Origin: Octopus vulgaris
Lineage: Eukaryota
Assembly: GCA_951406725.2 (NCBI GenBank)
Contig: OX597815.1
Coordinates: 67,766,001 to 67,830,000, forward strand
DNA length: 64,000 bases
Direction: 5' to 3'
In this document: positions 43,055 to 56,249 of the stretch, in pieces
Layout: each line of letters starts with the position of its first letter
Numbering within the stretch: position 1 is the stretch's first letter
Position numbers and translations under genes: made by a program
The notes under the pieces: model-generated
Database searches by the model: none
The model's input: only the letters and a program-made list of their open reading frames with translations
What the model was told of the DNA's origin: nothing

Positions 43055-43538
43055 AGATAAGAAAATGGAGAAATACATCTAAATCAAATATCAATTACCA
43101 GATAATACTCAATCACATACTTTATTAAACCACCACATAAGAGACTGTAGGGTTAGATATAAATGCAGAACAAATCAGTGTACATAAATGAATGTACATG
43201 TCTCATTTATATCTGTATATTGACCTACTATAAAGGGTTAATATTGGTAAAATGAGACATACTTATCTACATGGCCGAAACAGCTGTAAGATGTAATGTA
43301 TACTTATATTTATATTTACTTATATTTATATTCTCTTTTGTATATATTCTACTTATTAAACAACATTACTTTTTTATGTACACTTTTTTATGTACATTCA
43401 TTTATGTACACTGATTTGTTCTGCTTTTATATCTAACCCTACAGTCTCTTATGTTGTGGTTTAATAAAGTATGTGATTGAGTATTATCTGGTAATTGATA
43501 TTTGATTTAGATGTATTTCTCCATTTTCTTATCTTGTA
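43051..43538. repeat. ~149-bp inverted repeat (2 mismatches) enclosing a hairpin and a hammerhead 3' half
   Basis: 43051-43199 pairs with 43390-43538. The spacer has atgtctcattt/aaatgagacat and ccGAAAC-AGCT-GTA at 43277-43288. Confidence 0.85.
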
Positions 43539-43710
43539 TTAGTAATTTATGGTAAATCATTTTACCTTTGCCCATATAATACAGTAAATGAATTGATTAC
43601 ATCGCAATCATTAACATTTATGTATTAACTTTGTTGGGTACTTCACTAGCAGTATATTGGATATATGTTATCCCATGGAGGGTTGCATTTACAACCCCTA
43701 TCTCAATTTG

Positions 43711-43742
<32 letters not shown>

Positions 43743-43790
43743 GACAGAATGTTATTCCTAACTTACAGGGAATATATATATACGAATATA

Positions 43791-43994
43791 CGAGATGTTG
43801 AAAAGTTCCTGGCTTTATGGGTATTGCGAAAGGAGGCCCAATCTTCCAACTCCTTTTACAGGACTCAGAAAAATTGCAGGGCCGCAGCAATAAGTGTGTG
43901 AATCTGAGAGGAGAATATGTTGAATAAAATCATAACTAACTGATCCACTGTATTTTCTTTTTACCCAAAGCCAGGACTTTTCAGCACCCCTTCG
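43791..43994. mobile_element. mariner-type MITE
   Basis: TA|cgagatgttgaaaagttcctggcttt ... aaagccaggactttttcagcacccttcg|TA. Confidence 0.75.
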
Positions 43995-43999
43995 TACAT

Positions 44000-44076
<77 letters not shown>

Positions 44077-44684
44077 GAGCAAGCTCGACAAGTTGACGAA
44101 CGTTGGTGCATAAATGTGTGTATGTGTGTGTGTTTGTGTGTATTTAAAGCGACACGGAAATCGCTATCAGTGTTTATGCTTCATATAATAAACCAGTGTT
44201 TCAAAAGACTGATAAGCGTCAATTACAAGAGTTTAGAGTCCAACTACGTGGCAAATGTACCTGGTCCTCTTCATTAGCACTAACTAAGGATTGACAGAGA
44301 TGGGACTTATATAAACTTGTGCCAACAAAACATTTCTAATAAACGCATAAACCAGAAAAGAGTCCCAAAGAATCCCAAGTGGATACGCTAAGACATACAG
44401 ATTGAAAGTTCTAGGCTAATGGACCCGGTATTGCCAAAATTCCAGGAAATAAATTGCTTCCTGATCTAAGTACCAATCTCAATGGATAGTGCTATATCTC
44501 GAAAGAAAGACTTGGAAATAAAGATAACTCTAATATAAGGAAAGTTGAAAATAGAAGCAATCCCTTCAAAAGTACCTTCAGTAAAATAGCAACGGCTAAA
44601 CAAAAACAAGACACACATAGCAGAGTACAGGTTACAGAGAAAACGCAATGAAAATAAGACTACCGTATAATTATACAAATTTTG

Positions 44685-44880
44685 ATACAAGGCCAGTAAT
44701 TCTGGAGGGACGTGGTGTGGAGTTGAGGGATTAGTCGATACCATCGACCACACAACTTGAGTGGCACTTTATTTCATCGAGCTCCGAAAGGATAAACAGC
44801 AAAGTTGATGTCGGTGTTATTTGAACTAAGGACGTAAACACCAAGAAGAAATACCGCAAAACATTTTTTCCGACTTGCTA
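44685..44880 (-). mobile_element. Degenerate SINE family C copy
   Basis: acaaggcc..aatt..ttagtcga..atcgacc..tttatttcatcga..cgaaaggata..gcaaagttga..tttgaact. Confidence 0.6.
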
Positions 44881-44897
44881 TTGATAATATTAGCTCA

Positions 44898-44930
<33 letters not shown>

Positions 44931-45064
44931 GGGATAATGATAATGTTAATAATAATGACAATGATAATGATAATGGTGATGATAAGAAGAGAAAGAAGAC
45001 CATTGATAATAATAGCAACAATAACAACAAGAACAACTTCTATAATAATAACAACAACAACAAC

Positions 45065-45153
<89 letters not shown>

Positions 45154-46479
45154 CAACAAAGAAAAAACCAATAACAATAGTTATTTGTACGTGGAAATAA
45201 GAAAACTGTAATCGTTAATAAAACAAAAATGTCTTCTCTTCCGGTTTGTGCTGAACAGTTGTGTTAAGATGTTCATTGTGTAGATAGATTGTTTACTTCA
45301 AACTTACACAGAACTTCATTATAACAACGACGACGACGACGACGACAACAACAACATCAGCAACAACAAAGATTGCGATAAAGAGTGCTGGTAATTCCTC
45401 GATGCTTATGCTACTACTGGTGATGATGATGATGATGACGACGATGTTGATGATAATGATGATCATGATGATGACGACGACGATGATGGTGTGATGGTGA
45501 TTATAATGTTGAAGAAATTTTTTATCGTCTGTTAGTCTTCCTGTTCAGACGTAGCATTGATTCCGATACGATACCCAAAAACACATTTAATACGCCAACC
45601 ACCACCTTAAGCATACCACATCCACTACTACTTCAACTATTATACTAGATCCACCGTCACAACTACTATCACTACATCAACAACCACCACCACCACCTCC
45701 ACCACCACCATCACCACTACCACACTACAACAACTACTTTCAACCACTACTACCACATCCAACACCATCAAGCCACTACTGCCACATCTACCACCACCAC
45801 CACCACCATCGCCACTACCATAGAAGGCCCTACCGCCACATCCGCTACCACTACTGTCACAACCACTATACCAACAACATCTCCAGAATTTGGGTCGATA
45901 TAATAAGTACCAGTTAAGCACTGGCACCAATCCTACCAAGAAACTGACAGTGATGGAGCGTCGGATAGAATACCTCGTGGTATTTGTTCTGACTCTCTGC
46001 ACCATGATTTCAAATCACTGAAGTCAACTTTGCTTTTCATCCTTTTGAGATCGATAAAATAGTACCAATACTTTTTACGAAAGAACATATTTATTCACTT
46101 TTATAAGCAAAGAACTGATAGTGACGTTTCGGTTTATTCGCTTTCATCAATCATTGACTGATGAGCCAAATGGCTTCCAAAAACTTAAAAATAATTTCTC
46201 TTTGGGTCTTGACCTCTTTATTACATTTCGTTTTTTTTTTATTAGCAGACTGGATGTGACACTTTCTCACCTCCAGTGAAAAGAACACACTGCATACTAT
46301 TCCTTTCAGCCTTTTATGATGAACTCCTGGTCTAAAACCGATTGTTAAACCGACTGATATGAGAATATAGCATTGTATTTAGCTATATATACATACACGC
46401 GCGCGCTCACACATGCACGCACACTCACACGCACTCACATACACACACACACATACACACACACATATATATGTACTCA

Positions 46480-46513
<34 letters not shown>

Positions 46514-46518
46514 CATAC

Positions 46519-46549
<31 letters not shown>

Positions 46550-47469
46550 TGTGTGTGTAATTCTGAAAATGCACGCCGTTCGAGATGTGCAAAATATTTA
46601 CAGTTTAATATTCAAGATTTCATATACAAGGGTACTTTTGTATGCTGCCCAATTCAAATTCTACGACGCAAAAATCTCAGAATTCTGTTAACGGTTGTTA
46701 GGGACTGGCAATAATTTCCCTTTCCATTTATTCTAGTTTACCTAATATATATTGCTATACAATATAAGGTTTGTTGAATCAAGCTGCTACCTCCTTCTTC
46801 CCCTACCCTTCTTTCTGGATTCCATGTGTCTTCAACTACTGAATCTTTTTCGTTTGCGTTTCTAGTAATATATTCACATAATATTTATAGGGTACAGTTA
46901 TTATTGTCCTTAATACGAATTTTCTTTTACTACAATATACAATGTACGTCTCTTTTATTATTTTTCTTTTTATTCTTAACGTCAGTTTTAAATTTAAAAA
47001 GGTAAAATATATTTTCGTGATTCTTTTCAAGTGAATAAACACGTGTTTATTCGTTTATAATCTCATTGAATCAACAGGAAACTCAGAAATAAGGGGAAAT
47101 ATTATCTTTAGAGGTATGAGATTTATAAGGATTATTTTCTTTCACAAAGGCTACAGGTGAGTTTTCGGCGATGAAATGTTATGAAATGAATAGGATTAAA
47201 AGCGAAAGGAATGGCTTATGCAAGGGTTTTAAATTCTGTTCTTATCGTCAATTCTTAACAGATTGTATCCATTCAAATTTCAAATTTTCGGTGAAGAGTT
47301 CCATTTTACGTTCATGAAACTCTGAAATATGTTTGCTGGTTGGTTAATAAAGATAGGTACGAATCATCTACACACATTGCAAAATGTGTGAACACATACA
47401 TACATAGTCCGACACTCACGCACACAGACACTCATTTAAATATGCATGTATATACACATACATACATAG

Positions 47470-47526
<57 letters not shown>

Positions 47527-47702
47527 TATATGCATACATACATACATATATGTACGTACCTACATCTACATGTATAGATACGGACTTTTTTTTAACAACG
47601 AAAAAACAGAGTACAAGACAAACAATACAAAAGTCCGTTTCCATGGTTGTTTTTATGTTTTCGTTTCTCGTTGAGTCCTACGTCTATTTGTGGTGTCCTG
47701 TA

Positions 47703-47855
<153 letters not shown>

Positions 47856-48209
47856 GGAGGTGCAATGGCCCAGTGGTTAGGGCAGCGGACTCGCGGTCGT
47901 AGGATTGCGGTTTCGATTCCCAGACCAGGCGTTGTGAGTGTTTATTGAGCGAAAACACCTAAAGCTCCACGAGGCTCCGGCAGGGGATGGTGGTGATCCC
48001 TGCTGTACTCTTTCACCACAACTTTCTCTCGCTCTTACTTTCTGTTTCTGTTGTACCTGTATTTCAAAGGACCGGCCTTGTCACTCTCTGTGTCACGCTG
48101 AATATCCCCGAGAACTACGTTAAGGGTACACGTTAATTTCACGAGCAGGCTGTTCCGTTGATCCGGATCAACCGGAACCCTCGTCGTCGTAACCGACGGA
48201 GTGCTTCCA
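47856..48209 (+). mobile_element. SINE family A (long-tail type, ~30-bp internal deletion)
   Basis: Near-identical to 36269-36650, with a deletion between two tacacg repeats. Confidence 0.9.
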
Positions 48210-48267
48210 TACCATATATGCATGTATATATACATGTAGATGTAGGTACGTACATATATGTATGTAT

Positions 48268-48688
48268 ACTCTCTTTTTTACTCTTTTACTTGTTTCAGTC
48301 ATTTGACTGCGGCCATGCTGGAGCACCGCCTTTAGTCGAGCAACTCGACCCCGGGACTTATTCTTTTTTTGTAAGCCTAGTACTTATTCTATCGGTCTCT
48401 TTTTGCCGAGCCGCTAAGTGACGGGGACGTAAACACACCAGCATCGGTTGTCAAGCAATGCTAGGGGATCAAACACAGACACATAAACACACACTCATAC
48501 ATATGTATATACATACATATATACGACAGGCTTCTTTCAGTTTCCGTCTACCAAGTCCACTCACAAGGCATTGGTCGGCCCGGGGCTATAGCAGAAGACA
48601 TTTGCCCAAGGCGCCACACAGTGGGATTGAACCCGGAACCATGTGGTTGGTTAGCAAGCTACTTACCACACAGCCACTCCTGCGCCTA
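48268..48688 (-). mobile_element. SINE family B, full length
   Basis: tRNA-like head aggcgcaggagtggctgtgtggtaag..ggttccgggttcaatccc on the minus strand; matches 56248-56655. Confidence 0.9.
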
Positions 48689-48924
48689 TAAAAAGCGATG
48701 TGCATATATTTTATTTATTAAATTATTGTATGACTGAGCGCCCTCGCGTCGTTTCGTTTCCTTTCTTTTCTCCAAGTAAGTTTATATATATATATGTGTG
48801 TGTGTGTGTGTATGTGTGTGTGTGTGTGTGTGTATACATACATACATACATATGTCAAAGTTGAGATATATCACATCCATATTTGAGAGGTTGAGCTGCT
48901 GTTTCGGTACTCAGTCATAATAAT

Positions 48925-49135
48925 TTCGATTTTTGGCACAAGGCCGGCAATTTCGGCGGAGAGAGTAAGTCGATTACATTGACACCAGTGCGTAGCTGGT
49001 ACTTATTTTATCGACCCCGAAAGAATGGAAGGCAAATTCGACCTCAGCGAAATTTGAACTCTGAACGAAAGAACGGACGAAATTCTACTGAGCATTTTTC
49101 CCGGCGTGCTAATGATTCTGTCAGCACGCCACCTT
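48925..49135 (-). mobile_element. SINE family C copy
   Basis: ggcacaaggcc..gtcgattacattgacaccagtgcgtagctggtacttattttatcgacccc..aaggcaaa..tttgaactc..cccggcgtgctaa. Confidence 0.8.
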
Positions 49136-49169
49136 TCAATATCTAGTAATAATACTGTAGTAGTTTTGT

Positions 49170-49440
49170 GATTCATCTCTTCCCTAGACAGAAGTCAGGT
49201 TGCACGTTTGTGAGCAAGTTATTTTCTTCCAGGAACGTGATCAGCCTCTTTTTGATAATATGTTCCATGACCTTGCTAACATTTGAGGCCGACGAGAATA
49301 GCCTGTTATTTTTAGCATCTATTCTCCTTCCTCCTACTTGGATAGAGCATATTATGCCTTCTTTAAAAATTTTAGCAATTTTAGAATTTTACCACATGCA
49401 AGGAGAGTGCAAAAAGTATCTGCAGTGGTTCTGCGAGAGC
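49170..49440 (-). mobile_element. LINE RT fragment (CR1/Jockey-like)
   Basis: Minus translation ..SNVSKVMEHIIKKRLITFLEENNLLTNVQPDF..GKR. Confidence 0.65.
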
Positions 49441-49460
49441 TTTAAAATATTATATATATA

Positions 49461-49882
49461 TCACGTGACCGACCAGACCATCAAATGTTGCTACACATCG
49501 CTGGTCACAATGCATTCGCATTGTTTTAGCCTTCGAACGACGCCATCCGCTGGCTAAGCGAGCAGGCCAACAGAAGAAAGAGTGAGAAAGAGTATAGCAG
49601 GGATCACCACCCCCTGCCGGAGCCTCGTGGAGCTTTTAGGTGTTTTCGCTCAATAAACACACACAACGCCCGGTCTGGAAATCGAAACCGCGATCCTCCG
49701 ACCGCGAATCCGCTGCCCTAATCACTGGGCCATTGCGCCTTCAAGAGGAGCACACCTCACGATATATTTAAGTATTTAAGTAGGCCCAAAGTCGGAAATT
49801 TGGAGGGAAGGATTCGTTGACTAAATCGACCCCTATACTTGACTGACATTTTATCCTCTAACCACTGGGCCATTGCGCCTTC
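49461..49882 (-). mobile_element. SINE family A (short-tail type) with an inserted copy of the 41.2-kb flank
   Basis: The tail matches 54741-55046. The head is duplicated around a 118-bp insert. Confidence 0.85.
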
Positions 49883-49917
49883 ACATATATATATACATGC
49901 TTACATACATACATACA

Positions 49918-50242
49918 TGTTTTATAATAAGATGAGAAAATAGAGAAGTAATTAATAAATTTTGATTTCTTAATTAAACAGTTGACAAACAACCCTTCAA
50001 ATTCCAGATCTTCAGAAAACGATTAGCAGCCGTTTACTGAACAATCAGGAATTGAACACCTATTTTATATATTTTAAACTACCTCGGAAGAGGTTCAACT
50101 TTCAAATAATTTTTAACTTAATTAATTAATTTTCTGATGGTCTGGAATTGAGACAGTTGTAAGGGATGTTTGTCAATGTTTTAATTAATGAATAATAATT
50201 TATTAATTACCTCTCTATTTTCTCATCTTATTATAATAAACA
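49918..50242. repeat. Diverged foldback element with a degenerate hammerhead-like motif
   Basis: 49918-50020 pairs with 50131-50242. The right arm reads tttCTGATGgtctggaattgaGAC-AGTT-GTAaggga. Confidence 0.6.
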
Positions 50243-50404
50243 CTTATATATAAACCACACGGTTTATATAGTTACATTGCAGTCGAGAATTAACTGCAAT
50301 GTTGAATATTCTTTGTATAGGTAACTAACCAGTACTTTCATAGGATTTCGCTATCCCTGACTGAGGTTTGTAACTTTTCTTTGTGCTTCTAATTTATATA
50401 TATG

Positions 50405-50496
<92 letters not shown>

Positions 50497-50699
50497 CGCG
50501 CGTGTGTGTGTGTGTATAGAATGTGTATAGAATGTGTATAGAACGTTTTAGAATTTATTTGAAAGTACAAGCATTATATTTCATTTCATACTGCAAATTA
50601 AATTTAAGTAGTTATGTCATTTTTTTAATGACTTTTCTCCTCTTTCTATTTGTTTGTTTTTGAATGTATGATCTGAAAAAAATACTTTATTTTCAATGT

Positions 50700-52100
50700 T
50701 AATCATCTTGGCTATATTTTTCCCCATCTAAATTGTTTTTCCAGTGAACCAAGTTAGTGAAGGTCTAAAGAAGCAAGGTCTTTAAAATACTGAACGTGTA
50801 ACATTTTTCCATTGCAACTCGAACTGTTCTGGAACATTTTTGTGCCTTGTGCCATTTGAAGGCGAGCATTATCTTGATAAAAATTACCCACTATTAAAGC
50901 AAGCATTTTCTATCCAACGCACTCTTCAAGCAGTACATTTTCTGGCAGTAAACCTCAGAAAAGATAGTTTGATTCAGCCCTAAAAGATCATAATAAATAA
51001 TTCCACTCACCAAAAACTCGGTAAATTTTTCTTTGGGTGAGATCCCGCTACATGGATGTTGTAAATGTTTGCATTTGGGGCTCAACGACTGCTTGCGGTG
51101 TCTAATATTGCTGTAAAGAATCCATTTCCGATATCCAGAACCGATGCGGTTTTCAAAATGGTACTTGAATGTTGCGTTCACGAGGATCGGCTGAAAAGTT
51201 CATAGACTGACCAAAATATTCTCATGGGATGTGACCAGATGAGGTTGGTTAATTTTCTAGTATTGTCTCCCTTGCAGTTCACACACTTTTTCCTTTGGTT
51301 TTTCAGTGCTTGGATCCCATTGGTGAAGAAGATTTAATCTGAAATACTTGTTCCCAACCAAGTGGTTTTTTCATGTTAGAAGAATAGGGAGGGTGATCAA
51401 CCAGCTCAAAGCCACAGTCACGTACAGTAGCCATTGAAACTAAGGACTTGTGTGACGAAGCATTGTCCTGATGAAACAAAATAATTTCGCTAGTTTTCCT
51501 GAGCATATGATATAGATAGCCTTCCGTAACTGCCTCAGCAAGTTGGCATAGTACTCTGCATTGATGGTGTCGCCCTTTTGAAGATAGTCAATGAGCACAA
51601 TGCCTTTTGCATACCAAAAAACTGAGGCCATCACCTTCCCAGCAGATGAAACGACCTTGGCCTTCTTAGGAGCAGGTGAGGAGGTGTTTCCACTACAAGG
51701 ATCATGTCTGGCTCAAAGTGATGAAGTTAACACTCATCCTGGGTTTAGAAACTTTCAAGGAAACCAACTGGGTCAATGTCAGATTTTTCCGTGATGTAAT
51801 CAGCCTGGCACACATTTCATCAGGTGTCAGAAGATATGGCTCCCACTAGGCAAAAACCTTCGTCATGCCAAGTTCATTTTACAGAATATTCTCGACTCTC
51901 TCACGGGATATGCTGTTAGCATTGGCTATTTGATTTATAGCCAATCGCATGTCATCCATCACCGTGTGGGTATCATGATCAATGTCTTCCTCGGTGTGGC
52001 AGATGTTGGAGTTCAGACTTTGTGTCATCTTCAAGACATTCCCTTCCCCTCCTAAGTTAGCTGCCCCACTTTTGCACTGCTGATAAAGCTGGAGCAAAAC
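50700..52100 (-). mobile_element. Two adjacent degenerate mariner fragments
   Basis: RKWILYSN..GIIYYDLL..QTIFSEVYC (50894-51181); TIR-like cgaggatcggctgaaaagttc at 51181; MASVFWYAKGIVLIDYLQKG..INAEYY, LFHQDNASSHKS..ELVDHPPYS. Confidence 0.85.
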
Positions 52101-52789
52101 ACTACATCTCGCATTGCTCTACGATCACTTGGACATCTGACGCATGGTACACAGTGCACCTGTTCAGGCAACATCGATTTGAGGGAGAGAGCGAGCTAAT
52201 CTGCAGCGCGGTCATTTGATCATTATAAACAAATCATTTGCGCCGGTCGTTCGGCAAAAGCTGAACGTTCATACGTCGTCTTCCACGGGAGAGTCCATCA
52301 TATATATATATATGCATACATCTTTTCGCCTGTAGTTGTTTGTCCGTCGTTCTTCTTCGGTATACTCCTGATTTATACTTCTGGCCGACCTCGCTCTAAT
52401 GAAGTAGTTGAATTTTAAGAATTCGATCTCTCAGAGATGACTGTCTATTCAACGCTTTTACTAGCACTTAATAACACACATAGACCATATGTGATCTAGA
52501 CTCTAAATCCTAGAAGCTAGGATGTTGGATTAACGATCGCGAGATCATGGTTTTCATTCTCAGATCAGACATGCATTGTGGTCTAGAGCAAAACACTTCA
52601 TTATGCGCTGCTCCAGTTCACACAGCTGTAGATGGGTAATCCTGCGACGGACTTGCGTTCCGTTCCAGGGGGATGTTGGTCTGTTCGCCAAACCGGCAGC
52701 GTAGCATCATTCGGAATATAAAACAATGGAAAGCACGTTGTGTATTACAACATCCGTGATAGCGTGATATGTGATTGCGTATGTGGGTG

Positions 52790-52831
<42 letters not shown>

Positions 52832-52854
52832 GACAGACAGACAGATAGATAAAC

Positions 52855-52950
<96 letters not shown>

Positions 52951-53177
52951 GTGTGTTTACAGACCAGTATATTCATACACATATTGATATTTTGTTATTT
53001 TGTTTAGATATGGCGATACTAATAGCCAGTTGTCAGAACTCAATATCCTTTTGCTTTCAGGTTTTATTTCATAATCTTTTATTCAAATTTATTATATTTT
53101 CATAGTTTGATTTCACTTACTTGCCCACTTCCCCAAGAAATTTTCAAGGCGTTGTGCCTAGAATAGAAATAATTTTT

Positions 53178-53308
53178 AAGGTGGCGAGCTGACAGAATCG
53201 TTAGCACACAGGTCAAAATGTTTGGCGACATTTCGTCTTTCCTTATGTTCTGAGTTCAAATTCCGCCGTACTCGACTTTGCCTTTTATCCTTTCGCGGTC
53301 GATAAAAT
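53178..53308 (+). mobile_element. SINE family C 5' part
   Basis: aggtggcgagctgacagaatcgttagcac..gttctgagttcaaattccgcc..gactttgccttttatcctttcgcggtcgataaaa. Confidence 0.75.
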
Positions 53309-53384
53309 GTCAAGCTTGTCAAGCTTCAAGCATATCGTTTCCATCCGGATATTGTACGATGGGTTGGTGCCTTCCTCTCAGATC

Positions 53385-54420
53385 GCTCCTTCCAAGTCCA
53401 AGTTAATGGTTCGCTGTCCAACGTCTCCAGTGCGAGCAGTGGCGTGCCTCAAGGTTCAGTGCTTGGGCCGTTATTGTTTTTAGTCTTCATCAATGACTTG
53501 CCCGACGACCTCACGCAACACACCCTTCTATTTGCCGACAATGTCAAACTGGTCGCTCCTTGCAGTGATATAGATGATCTTCGTCGGTGCCTCCACTAAG
53601 TTTGGAGATGGTCAAACGAATGGGACCTATATCTGAACGTGTCAAAGTGCTCTCATCTGCCTGTTGGCTCTCCTCCTGCAACTCAACTTAATTTCGAGCC
53701 GGGTCGTCTGCTGCTGGAGAAAACCGACCAAGTAAAGGACCTGAGTATCTTGGTGGATTCTTCCTTTTCGCCTTCGGCCCAATTCGTCCATTCTGCCAAC
53801 AAAGCACGCGGAGTTTTGTTTTTGATTCGACGGTCCTTCAGAATGCTCACAACAGTCATATTCCTACCGCTCTGTGTCACGCTGGTGAGACCCATATTAG
53901 AGTACGGGATTCAAGCCTCTTCTCCTTATCTCCTCAAAGATATACAGCATCTCGAAAGAGTCCAGAAGCTAGCTACCCGCATGGTTCTTGGTTTCAAGCA
54001 TTTGTCTTATGAAGAAAGGCTGACGACGCTTGACCTTTATTCTCTCGAAAAATGACGACGCCGTGGCGATCTCAATCTCGCTCACAACATCATAAGCGGA
54101 AAGTGTAACCTCTCGAATGAGCTGTTCTTCACTCCTGCTCCAGAGCATGGGCTGCGGGGTCAGTCCGAAAAGCTCTATCTACGACGATTTCATCTCAATC
54201 AAAGGAGAGGGGCTTTCTCCGTCCGGGTTGCGGATCCGTGGAATAAGCTGCCGGGCGAGATAGTGAAGATGCCGACGACCGCTCGGTTCAAAGTCTCTCT
54301 TGACCAGAAATGGCCTGAACTCTTTGTATGACCATCCTCCCTGTACATAACTCCCTGTCCCCCTACATGGCCTTTCTTTTACTTTTTGAGCCAATAAAAA
54401 TTGAATTGAATTAAATTGGA
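53385..54420 (+). mobile_element. CR1-clade LINE 3' fragment with tail
   Basis: SGVPQGSVLGPLLFLVFINDLP..LLFADNVKL..LNVSKC..VKDL..LVRPILEY..LERVQKLATRMV..LSYEERL..LYSLE; ends aataaa..(attga)n. Confidence 0.9.
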
Positions 54421-54687
54421 AAAATAAGTATCATTTCTCTGAAATTGCTGGCGATGTGCCAAACTTTGAAACCAATATTTTGTTGTTTGTTTTAGTTTCT
54501 ATCATGTGAGGGTTTTGAACTGAGCGAACTGTGTATTTGCGGTTGAAATATGTATCAAAAACGGTGAATCTGAAAGCTTTTGTTGTAGCACCCTGTGTAA
54601 TACTTTACATATTCTATATTGTATATCTATAATCATTTTTAATCAAAGAAAGTCTTTTTCTAATATTTGTTGTCATATATATATATT

Positions 54688-54740
<53 letters not shown>

Positions 54741-54742
<2 letters not shown>

Positions 54743-55042
54743 AGGCGCAGTGGCCCAGTAGTTAGAGCAGCGGACTTGCGGCCGTAGGATCGCGGTTTCG
54801 ATTCCCAGACCAGGCGTTGTGAATGTTTATTGAGCGAAAACACCTAAAGCTCCACGAGGCTCCGGCAGGGGATGGTGGCGATCCCTGCTGTACTCTTTTG
54901 CTACAACTTTCACTCTTTCTTCTGTTGGCCTGCTCGCTTAGCCAGCGGGGTGGCGTCATTTGAAGGCTAAAGCAATGCGAAGCGCGTTGTGACCAGCGAT
55001 GTGTAGCAACATCTGATAGCCTGGTCGATCACGGTGATCACG

Positions 55043-55046
<4 letters not shown>
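54741..55046 (+). mobile_element. SINE family A (short-tail type)
   Basis: Same head as 36269, with a different 3' half (ttggcctgctcgcttagccagcgg..gaccagcgatgtgtagcaacat). Confidence 0.9.
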
Positions 55047-55099
<53 letters not shown>

Positions 55100-55134
55100 C
55101 GAATTTGTGTTAATGTGTATAGAATAATATATCA

Positions 55135-55387
55135 GTTGAATAAAGTTAAAACATAATCTGGTTTTCACGTTTTTTATTATGGTATTTCAAATTTAAGAAA
55201 ATATTTTGTAATGTTCATTCAATTAGCGCTTTCATACGTTTGGTGGTAATCGTCAGATTTCAAATGTATTTAACTGGCCGTTGAGTTGACAACTGTAGTA
55301 CCTTTTATGAACATTACAAAATATGTTTTCAATGCTAAAATATCATAATAAACGTGAAAACCAGATCATGTTTTAACTTTATTCAAC
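55135..55387. repeat. Diverged foldback element with a hammerhead-like motif in the spacer
   Basis: 55135-55218 pairs with 55308-55387. The minus strand reads aat-CTGACGA-t-tac..gta-t-GAAA-GCGC-TA-att at 55221-55259. Confidence 0.7.
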
Positions 55388-55942
55388 AGCTATTGACCAT
55401 AAATGAGTTCCAGAGATTCTCCGTATAGAAGACACTTATTAGTGCTCAAAAGATTCAAACTTAGACTCCGATGTCTTTACAGGGAATCAATTCCACAAGT
55501 TAAAGAAAGGCTATAAAAAGGGTCAAGTTGAGCGGGTATAGAGGAAATTATGCGGATAAAAAAATAGATACATTAAATATATAAAATATATTAAATATAA
55601 TAGTCTCCACCCTTTAAAATTTTCTCTGTCGTTTGTACCATGTATAAGTTGGACCTATTAATTAAATATCTATACATTTATACATAAAAATTCATCATCT
55701 GAAAGTCTTCACCTTTTGCTGTCTCTTGTTTTGCGTGTATACATATATACATATTTTGTATTTCGTTTTGAATCTAATTTGTTTATTTGCATAATTGCCT
55801 CTGTATGTATATACATATATGCATGTGTGTGTATGTATGTCTGTTTGTCTGTCTGACTGTATGTATGTATGTATGTATGTCTGTATGTATGTATGTATGT
55901 ATGTATGTATGTATGCATGTATGTATGTGCAGACAGACAGAC

Positions 55943-56011
<69 letters not shown>

Positions 56012-56201
56012 TATAGATAGATAGATAGATACGTTGATACAAAGTCCGGTCTTTGCAAGACCTCATATAATTGCTATCATTTATATATCTGTCTGTCTGT
56101 CAGTCTACCTATCTATTTATCTATCTCTTCCTCTGCCCCTCTCTCTTTCTCTTCCCGCCTCTCTCCCTCTTCTTTCTCTATATATATGTATGCATATATA
56201 T

Positions 56202-56247
<46 letters not shown>

Positions 56248-56249
<2 letters not shown>

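Noticed and set aside
46122-46175. Back-to-back hammerhead halves (gacgtttcgg..tcatcaatc / gactgatgagcc)
   Set aside because: Stems I and II do not pair convincingly and it is too degenerate to call.
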